Assembly: GCA_035250975.1 (NCBI GenBank)
Contig: DATFEP010000067.1
Span: 44,144-108,143, forward strand
Length of the DNA stretch: 64,000 nucleotides
Source: Nitrososphaeraceae archaeon
GTDB taxonomy: Archaea; Thermoproteota; Nitrososphaeria; Nitrososphaerales; Nitrososphaeraceae
Reading direction: 5' to 3'
How positions within the stretch are numbered: the stretch's first letter is position 1; every line of letters starts with the position of its first letter. The translations under genes and the position numbers were made by a program. Positions 1 to 8,755 of this stretch are shown here, piece by piece. A model generated the notes under the pieces. The model had not been told where the DNA came from and did not search any database. It saw only the letters and a list, made by a program, of their open reading frames with translations.

Positions 1-453
1 CTTTCATTTTTAATTATCAGATGCTATCGTTAAGACATAAAAAGCCAGATAAATATTTTGTTCTGGTCACCATATTATCAATAATTATAATTGTCCGTAA
101 GAGAATTCTATCAGTTAATTCTTTTTTAAATTGTTGGATGAAGTACTTTTTAATAAAGTGAACTTTTGAAACATTATTGATCAACTAGGCTAAACAAGAG
201 ATAACAAAATAATTAACCTTCTTTCACTCATTATTTTCAAAACTTTAATGTTAAATAGGCTACATTGTAATATTTTTAATATATAATAAATTATTTGAGA
301 TGCAGTTCTAAAATTACCAAATATTTTAAGCTGATTAAGAAATAATTTTCCATGATAGTCTTTAATATCAAAATGAGACCAAGAAAAAAATGAAATAGCG
401 TACTTTGGCTAATTGTTGCCATACCGCTGTAAAAAATTCAAAAGTTATTACGA

Positions 454-1143
454 TTATCTTTCCAAAATATATCTTAATCTATTTTTAAGACTAGGCTCGA
501 CTTGAAAATTCAAAATAGAGGACACTGGTATTGAAATATTATTATCTTCTAGGCGAATTTTTTTAATCATCAATCCTCTGTTTATCCAATTTTTGACAAC
601 CTGCTCTTCCAAATGTACATCCTTAAACCCATCTTGAAACTTATTTTTTAAACATGTCAAGAGAATGTTGTCGTTTTTGAATAGTTTCTTTGCATCAAAT
701 AACCGTTCAAAATCATCATATTTTTCTTCATAGAAAGTACTTTTTACATTATCTGAATGAATGTTCATTTTCATAAAACGATTTACTAAACTCACATAAT
801 GTAAAAACTCATGTGCAAGTATCGTATGTATCGAACTCTTCAATCCATAGACGACAAGAGGAGCCGTTATCTGAATAAAAATAGATAAATCTCCCTTACT
901 ATTAATATCTGGAATTGTTCTAGCAAAAAGGAGACCGTACTGGTCAAACTCTATCAAGGATGACGATACTACAAGACTGGGTTCAATATAATATGGGGGG
1001 AATTTTATCATACTTGTTTTTTCAATTCTTTTGATTCCATCCAACAAAATGGAAAACCGTTTTAAAATAATTTCATATATTTCCCTAGGTATCAGTTTAT
1101 TGAGAAAAGCATCATTAATAGCAGTCAGAGGTTCACAATCCAT
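454..1143 (-). CDS. Hypothetical protein with HEXXH zincin-like motif
   Basis: 229 aa ORF; ILAHEFLHY motif; co-directional with the Pus10-like/SRP54 genes. Confidence 0.7.
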   Translation of the reverse strand: MDCEPLTAINDAFLNKLIPREIYEIILKRFSILLDGIKRIEKTSMIKFPPYYIEPSLVVSSSLIEFDQYGLLFARTIPDINSKGDLSIFIQITAPLVVYGLKSSIHTILAHEFLHYVSLVNRFMKMNIHSDNVKSTFYEEKYDDFERLFDAKKLFKNDNILLTCLKNKFQDGFKDVHLEEQVVKNWINRGLMIKKIRLEDNNISIPVSSILNFQVEPSLKNRLRYILER

Positions 1144-1180
1144 TATTAGATAAGATCAAAATATCATAAATATAAAAAAA

Positions 1181-2332
1181 TTACGCGACAGTTATATCCA
1201 GAACGTCAAATTTTATACAAGTACATTTATTACCAATATATGATGAAACATTTGGTTCTATCCAATTCTTTCCCTCTATAAACTGTTTTACGGACAATCC
1301 GCTATCTGACAAAAAGGTAACAACAAAATCATATTCATCTAATCTCTTTACAGAGATTTTGTAGATTTTCCTTTGAACTATTTTTGTTTTGTTTTTATAT
1401 TTTATTGTAGAATTCTTCAGTTGCTTTAGTCTCAATAAATTTAAATTGTTTATAGGAAATAGTGTTTTCACATAGGCTTTTGTTTTTGATATATAATTTA
1501 TGGTGTATTTTTTTATTGATTCTTTTTTTTCTTTTATCTTAAATAATATTCCATCCTCTTGGAAAATTATATTCTTTTTTATTTTCCTTTTTTTTGGGTT
1601 AATGATTTGGGCTATAAAAAATCTTCCCTTCCCTAAAACCATACTATTTTGATCTTCACCTCCCATCCATGTAAAATTTACATTCTCGCAAGAGGTAAAA
1701 TCCATCAAATGACGTTTTATGATCATTTCAATCGATTTTTTTTCATTATTGTTTTCAATAAGGTTACATATCTTACATCCTCGTCCTTCACAATTATCAC
1801 ATTTGATTTTCCTTTGATGCATTAGTTTTTTCTTTGTATATCTGCAGATTAAGTAATACGTACGGGTTCGAAAGTCAACAGAAAATTCAAGATCATGAGA
1901 TATTGAAACATTTATCAGCATATCAGGAGATTGTATTTTTAAAGGCTTTTTTAAAACTTTTTCAAAATTATTTCTCACTGCATGATTAAAAGCTGATTTG
2001 ATATTCTCTTCTCCACGTAGTTGAAAAAGAGACCTGAAATGATCTTCATTATCAAACAAATGTGCAGGAAGAGAAGTTCCCAAACAATAAGAATCAAACT
2101 CATATTTATTTTTAACAGATATGAGAAAGGCTATTTCCTTTACAATTTCTTCTATGATATCAAATAATCCCCTACAAATAAAACATTTTGAGGCAGAGTT
2201 ATCTGTACTTGTTACCTTATGATCTTTAAGCATCGCGTACTTACCAATTAATATTTTTGCTGTATTGTTTCTTTTTAAACAATAATCACACAACATATAA
2301 AAATCATTGACAATATTTTCAGATTGTTTCAA
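1181..2332 (-). CDS. pus10: Pus10-like tRNA pseudouridine 54/55 synthase (divergent)
   Basis: N-terminal LCDYC...CFIC Zn/THUMP region, YTK, GGED..S.VLG.GR.F, and DSGLSVKQFI..I.PNVS....CI.FDVLDI C-terminus typical of Pus10. Confidence 0.75.
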   Translation of the reverse strand: MKQSENIVNDFYMLCDYCLKRNNTAKILIGKYAMLKDHKVTSTDNSASKCFICRGLFDIIEEIVKEIAFLISVKNKYEFDSYCLGTSLPAHLFDNEDHFRSLFQLRGEENIKSAFNHAVRNNFEKVLKKPLKIQSPDMLINVSISHDLEFSVDFRTRTYYLICRYTKKKLMHQRKIKCDNCEGRGCKICNLIENNNEKKSIEMIIKRHLMDFTSCENVNFTWMGGEDQNSMVLGKGRFFIAQIINPKKRKIKKNIIFQEDGILFKIKEKKESIKKYTINYISKTKAYVKTLFPINNLNLLRLKQLKNSTIKYKNKTKIVQRKIYKISVKRLDEYDFVVTFLSDSGLSVKQFIEGKNWIEPNVSSYIGNKCTCIKFDVLDITVA

Positions 2333-2370
2333 ATTATTATTGCACTTAACTATTGTTATTGTTAGTTACA

Positions 2371-3738
2371 TTAACCCAAACCGAAACGTCTCAACATTCC
2401 ATGCATCTGTCTGCCTTTTGCCTGTTTCATCATACTTTTTGAATTATTGTATTGTTTTATCATTTCTTTAACATCATGTTCCATTATACCTGATCCTCTT
2501 GAAATTCGTTTTCTCCTTGAATCATTGATCACATTTGGATCTTTTTTTTCCTCTTTTGTCATTGATTGTATAACAAATCTCCATTTTTCAATCTTTGTTT
2601 GTAAATTATCTAGTTGTTCATCTTTTACCATACCAGAAAGTCCTGGAAGATTTTCCATTACATTTCTAAATCCCATTTTACTTACATTTTCCATTTGAGA
2701 ATAGAAATCTTCTATAGTCATTCTACCGCCTAACAATCTTTTAGCTTGGTTTGCGTCTGCTTCCAATTCAAGGCTTTTTGCCATTTCTAACAATGCCTTG
2801 ATATCACCCATCCCCAATAAGCGCCCTACAAACCTAGTTGGAGAAAATAATTCTAAATCATCAATCCTTTCACCAGTTCCGATAAACATAATTTTAGCTC
2901 CAGTGGCTGCAGAAGCTGCTAAAGCACCTCCACCCTTCGCAGTTCCATCTAGTTTAGTGATCAAAATTCCTCCCACTGGAGCGGCATCGTGAAATGCTTT
3001 TGCCTGATTGTATGCCTGCTGTCCAATAGTACCATCTATTACTAGGATGACTATATCAGGATTAATAACATTATACATATCATTCATTTCCTGTAATAAT
3101 CCTGACTCTTCTTTGTGTCTTCCAGCTGTATCTATAATGATTACATCATAATCGAGATTATCATAATACTTTAATCCATTTCTCACTATAGAAACAGGAT
3201 TCTTATTATCTTCTTCTCCATAAACTTCCACTTTAATTTTAATGCTATTCATCTTCAATTGTGTAAGAGCGCCAGGTCTCCACGTATCTGCACCTATAAT
3301 AGCTGTTTTATATCCATGCCTGGTTAACCATCTCGCAAGTTTAACTGTACAAGTAGTTTTTCCGCTTCCCTGAATACCAAGCATCAAAATGATATTCTTC
3401 TTCCCAGGTTTAAAATTTAGAGATTCTTTTTCGTCTGAATAAGATTTCTCTATATTAGTTATGCTTGTTCCGCTATATCCAAGTAAAGAAGCAATTTCAT
3501 TATAAAGTATTGTAATAATATGATCTTTTCTTGATAATCCTTTTGGAGACTGTTCATTCAAGGCACGCTCTTTTAAATTCTTTGTAATAGAAAGCACCAA
3601 TTTAACATTAATATCGGATTGCAATAATGATCTTTGGATATCCTTAGAGAGAGAATCAATCAATTCTTCATTTATATCCGATGCTCCTACTATTTTCTTG
3701 AGAGCGCTTCTTAATCCGGTCCGTAGATTATCAAACAT
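2371..3738 (-). CDS. srp54: Signal recognition particle protein SRP54
   Basis: GIQGSGKTT, DTWRPGA, DTAGRH, TKLDGTAKGGGALA, M-domain SRRKRISRGSG. Confidence 0.97.
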   Translation of the reverse strand: MFDNLRTGLRSALKKIVGASDINEELIDSLSKDIQRSLLQSDINVKLVLSITKNLKERALNEQSPKGLSRKDHIITILYNEIASLLGYSGTSITNIEKSYSDEKESLNFKPGKKNIILMLGIQGSGKTTCTVKLARWLTRHGYKTAIIGADTWRPGALTQLKMNSIKIKVEVYGEEDNKNPVSIVRNGLKYYDNLDYDVIIIDTAGRHKEESGLLQEMNDMYNVINPDIVILVIDGTIGQQAYNQAKAFHDAAPVGGILITKLDGTAKGGGALAASAATGAKIMFIGTGERIDDLELFSPTRFVGRLLGMGDIKALLEMAKSLELEADANQAKRLLGGRMTIEDFYSQMENVSKMGFRNVMENLPGLSGMVKDEQLDNLQTKIEKWRFVIQSMTKEEKKDPNVINDSRRKRISRGSGIMEHDVKEMIKQYNNSKSMMKQAKGRQMHGMLRRFGLG

Positions 3739-3739
3739 T

Positions 3740-4426
3740 TTACTTATCCATTAATACAATATCCGTTATTTCTATTATACCTCTTTGTCCATCCCATTTA
3801 GTCTTTGAATTAAGAATTTGTAATCTCTTTTCATAGATTGGACAGTCAATAACAAGTGTTTCTGCTTCCCCTCCTTCAAATGCCACATTAAACCCATATT
3901 TTTTGCTTAACAAAAATAATTTTTCTAGTTTATCTTGATCTATAATTATGCCCAACCAAGCCTCATCAAGCCCCATTGCAGAGACACCAACTATGAGTAT
4001 GAAGAATTTATGAATGAGTAGTTCCTTCATATATGAAAATTGGTCAGCTTCCCATAGTGGAGAATAAAGTATCAAATCATTATCTTTACAAATATTAAGA
4101 AAAATATTTTTTTGAAAATTTGAGAACAATCCTCCATTGACTAATCCTTCGATGTTGTATTCTGCCTTGGCAATTTTTACCAAATGATCTAGAGATTTTA
4201 TTTCATCATCTAAATTGTTAATTTTAATGTTACCTTCGATAATGGGTATATTCATAGCTCTAGATTGTAATTCAGGAACCCCTTTATTTGGGAAGTGAAA
4301 TAGAAGACTTTCTTCATTAGATGGATATAATGTAATCAAACATTCTATTGAAAATCCTTTTTTCTTAGCGAGATAGATAGCATATGTACTATCCTTACCG
4401 CCGGAGAAAAGACTCGCTAGTTTCAT
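3740..4426 (-). CDS. dph6: Diphthine-ammonia ligase family PP-loop ATPase
   Basis: SLFSGGKDS PP-loop; EGGEAETLVIDCP. Confidence 0.9.
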   Translation of the reverse strand: MKLASLFSGGKDSTYAIYLAKKKGFSIECLITLYPSNEESLLFHFPNKGVPELQSRAMNIPIIEGNIKINNLDDEIKSLDHLVKIAKAEYNIEGLVNGGLFSNFQKNIFLNICKDNDLILYSPLWEADQFSYMKELLIHKFFILIVGVSAMGLDEAWLGIIIDQDKLEKLFLLSKKYGFNVAFEGGEAETLVIDCPIYEKRLQILNSKTKWDGQRGIIEITDIVLMDK

Positions 4427-4496
4427 TATTTATATCAATTAAATTAATAGCATATATAAAAATAAAATATGGCAAAGCAGATGATACTTTTGATTA

Positions 4497-4880
4497 TTAC
4501 ATAGTGGAGAGTGAATTATGCTGCTGAATAGTTGCGTAATTGGGCTGCTCCGATATCTCTGGGAACAATCCTGCTAATTTATCATGTTTCTCTAGAAAAT
4601 CTGCTCCCATAGACGTCGTCTTGTACAAACCAGTAACTTTGGAATATTCCATTAAACCTTGTTTTACTGCTAATCGCAAATATCGAGTTATTTGAGAATG
4701 AGACACAGACGCCTTATTCATTATAGTTGTTTGATATTCCCATTTATTGGCAGCACAACGAATTATAGATGCAATTATTCCTATATCAGTTCTATTTTTC
4801 AAAGAATCTTTACCTCTTTCTTCATTGTATGAATGCTGAATGATAGAATTCAATTTAGATAATAAAAAAACCTTTGACAA
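4497..4880 (-). CDS. Winged-helix transcription regulator (archaeal HTH_45-like)
   Basis: R..I.IIASI....TTIMNKASVS..QI.RYL....GL......YKTT.MG..FL pattern. Confidence 0.75.
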   Translation of the reverse strand: MSKVFLLSKLNSIIQHSYNEERGKDSLKNRTDIGIIASIIRCAANKWEYQTTIMNKASVSHSQITRYLRLAVKQGLMEYSKVTGLYKTTSMGADFLEKHDKLAGLFPEISEQPNYATIQQHNSLSTM

Positions 4881-4938
4881 TTATTAACGACAAAATTGTT
4901 TGTTAAATTAAAACCGATAAAAAGAAATAATAAAAATT

Positions 4939-5028
4939 AATCAAAACACCTCAGCAACTCATAATCTTCGTCACATACAAATTACAATGTATCGGACGGC
5001 TCTTCCTATACTTCATCGGCATTTGATT
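4939..5028 (-). ncRNA. Box C/D 2'-O-methylation guide sRNA (23S PTC guide plus tRNA-Met anticodon guide)
   Basis: Minus strand: stem AATCAAATGCC / C ATGAAGT (5016-5010) / guide ATAGGAAGAGCCGT / D' CCGA / hairpin / C' GTGACGA / guide AGATTATGAGTTG / D CTGA (4954-4951) / stem GGTGTTTTGATT. Confidence 0.85.
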
Positions 5029-5149
5029 TGTTTATTATCTTTAATTTAAATTGATCATTAATAAAGACTGCTCTTTTGGACAACTACTTTAAATACTGAT
5101 TTTTTTTTATTCCAATCCGACGTGTAGAAATTCGGCAGTTATAGTTGAT

Positions 5150-5400
5150 ATCATCTGTCTATTCTTCTAGTAATATTACTAAACACGTGCTCGTATTATA
5201 TCTTCAGTCTGCCTCTATTGTAAATGAAAGTAAACTCAGATGCAATCCAACGATTTGGTATACGAACTATCCACCTTCTTTATACCTGTTAATCTTCCAT
5301 TTTGGTATCTGGGTTATCAATAACATCAATATCAAGAAATTTCTCCTCTCTTTATAACAGGTTATCTCTATTTCTCCCAGTGAAAGAGATACTAGCATTA
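5150..5400 (-). pseudogene. Possible decayed IS5-like transposase C-terminal remnant
   Basis: Broken minus-strand frames give RRWIVR...W...RLKI and YEHV, reminiscent of the IS5 RW.VER...W signature; several stops and shifts. Confidence 0.3.
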
Positions 5401-5601
5401 AGATTGTTAGCTAAATAAGTTAGAAATCTGACTTATGCAACAAGACATTAGAACCAAATAAAGAGATTTGAGTCAGGATAGTGCAAATACAAATGTGATT
5501 TAAAAGTAAAATAAGCTAAAGAATGTTTTTTTTGCACTTAATATTCATAAAATAAAATGAAATAAAATTAATTTTTATTATCCTTATTTTATATTGAGAG
5601 T

Positions 5602-6654
5602 ATGATCTCTGCAAGGATAGTTAAAACAAATGAATCTCTGATAATTGAAAATATGCAGCAACCAAAACCTGTACATACACAAGTTTTGGTACGAGTTAAA
5701 GCTGCTGGTATATGTCATAGTGACCTACACTTGTGGGAAGGAGGATACATTGGTTCTGGCGGAAAAATTATGAAGGTAGAGGATAGAGGAGTTCGTTTCC
5801 CATTAACACCAGGCCATGAGGTGGCAGGTGTCGTGGAGGACATAGGAGAATCAGTGTCATATTTTCAAAAAGGAGACAGCGTATTGGTTTATCCTTGGAT
5901 TGGGGATGAAATATGTTCGTCATGCAAGTCAGGGGATGAACATTTATGTGATAAACCTAGAACATTAGGAATTTATCAAGATGGAGGCTACTCAGACTTA
6001 ATTCTTGTTCCTAATTATAAATACCTAATAAAATTAGAACAAGATGATTTTGATTCTGCAGCTTCTCTTGCATGTTCTGGGTTAACTGCTTATACAGCAA
6101 TAAAGAAAGCAGCTGCAACTCCCAATGATAATTTGGTAATCATTGGAGCTGGCGGTTTGGGATTGATGGCAGTGCAGATAGCAAAATCAATCACTAATTC
6201 CAAGATTTTGGTTGTAGATGTGGACAATGAGAAATTAAATGAAGCGAAGAGATTAGGTGCAGATCACATTATCAATTCCGTAGAGACAGATCCTATCAAG
6301 AATGTAAAGGATTTAACAGGAGGACAGGGTTGTGAAATAGTAATAGATTTTGTAAATAACAGTAAAACCGCTCCGGTAGCTATGGATAGTTTGAGAAAGA
6401 GAGGAAAATATATAATGGTAGGGCTATTCGGAGGATCATTAGAATTGAATCTCCCATTGGTTCCCTTGAGAGCATTTAATATAATGGGCGCTTATACTGG
6501 AAGAATTACAGACTTGGTTGAACTAGTATCACTTTATAAAAAAGGAAAGATAAGTTCAGTTGTATCAAAGAAATACAAACTGGATGCCGTGAATGATGCT
6601 CTCCAAGATTTAAAGGACAGAAAAATTATTGGAAGAGCAGTATTTAATCCTTAA
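5602..6654 (+). CDS. Zinc-dependent (MDR) alcohol dehydrogenase
   Basis: GICHSD, GHEVAG, structural Cys cluster CSSC...C, GAGGLG. Confidence 0.93.
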   Translation: MISARIVKTNESLIIENMQQPKPVHTQVLVRVKAAGICHSDLHLWEGGYIGSGGKIMKVEDRGVRFPLTPGHEVAGVVEDIGESVSYFQKGDSVLVYPWIGDEICSSCKSGDEHLCDKPRTLGIYQDGGYSDLILVPNYKYLIKLEQDDFDSAASLACSGLTAYTAIKKAAATPNDNLVIIGAGGLGLMAVQIAKSITNSKILVVDVDNEKLNEAKRLGADHIINSVETDPIKNVKDLTGGQGCEIVIDFVNNSKTAPVAMDSLRKRGKYIMVGLFGGSLELNLPLVPLRAFNIMGAYTGRITDLVELVSLYKKGKISSVVSKKYKLDAVNDALQDLKDRKIIGRAVFNP

Positions 6655-6696
6655 AGAAAATTTCTAATCTTCTCTTTTTAATCTTATTTAAATGTA

Positions 6697-6855
6697 TCCC
6701 GCGAGCAGGATTTGCCCCAAATAACAATTGTTACTTTGTTTGAGCCTGCGACAATTCGGTATCTGTTAAATGTAAGCCTGATAGGCTGATCACAACGGTT
6801 AGCTAAACAGCCAACTTCTACAGCCGAAAGCTCTACCAGGCTGAGCTATCGCGGG
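6697..6855 (-). tRNA. tRNA-Tyr(GTA) with two introns: 37/38 (6761-6817, 57 nt) and 58/59 (6712-6739, 28 nt)
   Basis: Acceptor CCCGCGA/TCGCGGG, D arm GCTC/GAGC, anticodon stem TTCGG/CCGAA, T stem GCAGG/CCTGC; both inserts bounded by bulge-helix-bulge motifs. Confidence 0.93.
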
Positions 6856-6918
6856 ATATCTGCTGTGAAACATTTATTATATATAATTGATTCTAAGCAG
6901 ATATTCAAAGATTCAATT

Positions 6919-7914
6919 TCAATTCGACATGAATTCAGATAAATACAATGAGGAATAAGTAATTATTTTATCTGCTCCAGATCTTTTAAGTGAACCCAAG
7001 AGATTTAAAAGAAAGTGAATCTCATCTATAACTCCCATCTTTGATGCTGCTTTTATCATCGAATATTCGCCAGACACAATCTGGACTACTGTTGGAGCGG
7101 TGTATTTCTTACTAACTTGATAAACCAAATCTAAAGAAGTAATAGAAGGTTTTAACATTATCATATCTGCACCTTCTCGAATATCAAATTCAATCTCCCT
7201 AAGCACCTCCATGGTGTTGCAAAAGGATACCTGATAGGAAGATTTGTCCAAGTATTTCTGAAAGTTCAGGAATACTCCAGATTGAAAGGGTTTATAAAGG
7301 GACGAGGATTGTTTTGCTGAAAATGAAAGTATTTGTGTTTTCTTATAACCCTCAGTATCCAGTTTTTCCCTAATACAGCGAACTTGACCATCCATCATTG
7401 ACGAAGGAGCTACAATATCGGCTCCAGCGATGGAATGACTTAACGCTATCTTAGCAAGATAATCGACGGTTTGATCATTTTTAATTTCATTATTTTTGCT
7501 CGTTATACCGCAATGTCCAGATTCGTTATAGTTACATAGACATATATCAGTAATCAATTTCAGTTTATCTCCAAAATTAGATTTCAATGTTCTTATTGTC
7601 TTTTGAACAACTCCGTTTGCTGAAAACGCGAAAGAACCATCTCTTGTTTTATTTCTCGGTATTCCAAACAATATGATTGATTTAATCCCTTTATCTACTA
7701 CATCTCCTACCGAATCGATTATTTTATGATAGGGAATTTGAAAAATTCCAGGCATTGATCCAAGTTGATGATACCTTGCCATCTCAGTAATAAAAATTGG
7801 ATAAATCAGGTCATCTTTATATAGTCTAAAATTTTTTGTCAGTTCCAAGTAAAATTTTTGGTCTGATTCTGACATGTTTAGTACACTCTTGATGTAATTA
7901 TTTATAACTTCCAT
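6919..7914 (-). CDS. Porphobilinogen synthase (HemB) paralog, divergent
   Basis: DICLCNY..SGHCG, VAPSSMMDGQV, GADMIMLKPS, VSGEYSMIKAA; the canonical copy lies at 49066-50115. Confidence 0.85.
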   Translation of the reverse strand: MEVINNYIKSVLNMSESDQKFYLELTKNFRLYKDDLIYPIFITEMARYHQLGSMPGIFQIPYHKIIDSVGDVVDKGIKSIILFGIPRNKTRDGSFAFSANGVVQKTIRTLKSNFGDKLKLITDICLCNYNESGHCGITSKNNEIKNDQTVDYLAKIALSHSIAGADIVAPSSMMDGQVRCIREKLDTEGYKKTQILSFSAKQSSSLYKPFQSGVFLNFQKYLDKSSYQVSFCNTMEVLREIEFDIREGADMIMLKPSITSLDLVYQVSKKYTAPTVVQIVSGEYSMIKAASKMGVIDEIHFLLNLLGSLKRSGADKIITYSSLYLSEFMSN

Positions 7915-7959
7915 GAAAGAAGATCATACAATTTGATTCAATGATAAATTGCTTCTTTG

Positions 7960-8625
7960 TCATTTTTTTTCATCTTCAGAGAGAGTCCAAGGAAACCATT
8001 TCCCAATAATCCTTCCCCAATCTATTTTCAAGTATAGATAAATTATTACTACTAATACTATGATACTCAGTCCTATTCCAAGATAAAGATAAATAGGATC
8101 GGTATTTCCGGAAGTAAGAGAATCAACAACAGGACGACCTAGGAAAACGCTACCAAAAACAATTATTTCATTTAAAATAAATTTTCCTGAGAATGTAGAT
8201 ATGGCAAATTTCCATGGACTATACTTTGCTAAACCAAGTGGAATATATACCAAGTCGTCAGGTATTGGAGTCATTGCTGCTATAAACGCCCCAGGCCATC
8301 CATATTTGGATACTAATCTTTGCAGGGGCAACATCCTCTTCTTAGTTTTGGTACTCAAAATACGTCGTCCGTAATAACTTGCATAAAAAATAATCAATTT
8401 AGCTATAACGGCACCTACAGCACTCGCAATAGATACAAGATGAGGATCTAATTGTTTATCGATTCCTGCCGTAAACAAAACAGGAAAATAAGGAACTGGT
8501 ATAAATACAACTATACTTGCCAGAAAACTTATTATCAGGATTCCTAAATATCTTCCTGTGTTACCATATTCTTCTACGTATCCAAAATCTTGAAAGAATG
8601 AAAGCAGATCATTAGTATTTTCCAA
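7960..8625 (-). CDS. DedA/VTT (SNARE-associated) membrane protein
   Basis: Hydrophobic; FIPVPY, AAMTPIPDD..YIPLG motifs. Confidence 0.85.
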   Translation of the reverse strand: MENTNDLLSFFQDFGYVEEYGNTGRYLGILIISFLASIVVFIPVPYFPVLFTAGIDKQLDPHLVSIASAVGAVIAKLIIFYASYYGRRILSTKTKKRMLPLQRLVSKYGWPGAFIAAMTPIPDDLVYIPLGLAKYSPWKFAISTFSGKFILNEIIVFGSVFLGRPVVDSLTSGNTDPIYLYLGIGLSIIVLVVIIYLYLKIDWGRIIGKWFPWTLSEDEKK

Positions 8626-8755
8626 ATATCGTTACTCCTTTTCCTTGTATTTAATCGATATTTAAGTGAATAATGTGATCAATAAAATTCCTTATAGATT
8701 TGATTATGATATTATTATCATATATTATTTTAATAAAAGTAAATATGTGTCTCAT

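Noticed and set aside
1-450. Weak C/D-like arrangements (minus GTGACCA...CTGA at ~17-70; plus ATGAAGT...TTGA at ~138-180)
   Set aside because: Boxes are degenerate, there is no convincing terminal stem or recognisable target, and such matches are expected by chance in AT-rich DNA.
2447-2992. Short ORFs antisense to SRP54, and similar ones inside topIB, aspS, pgk, hemA, radA and leuC
   Set aside because: Shadow ORFs opposite well-supported genes, with no motifs.
6761-6817. tRNA-Tyr intron as an intron-encoded C/D guide (as in euryarchaeal tRNA-Trp)
   Set aside because: Only a GTGATCA-like word; no D boxes; it folds as two simple hairpins.
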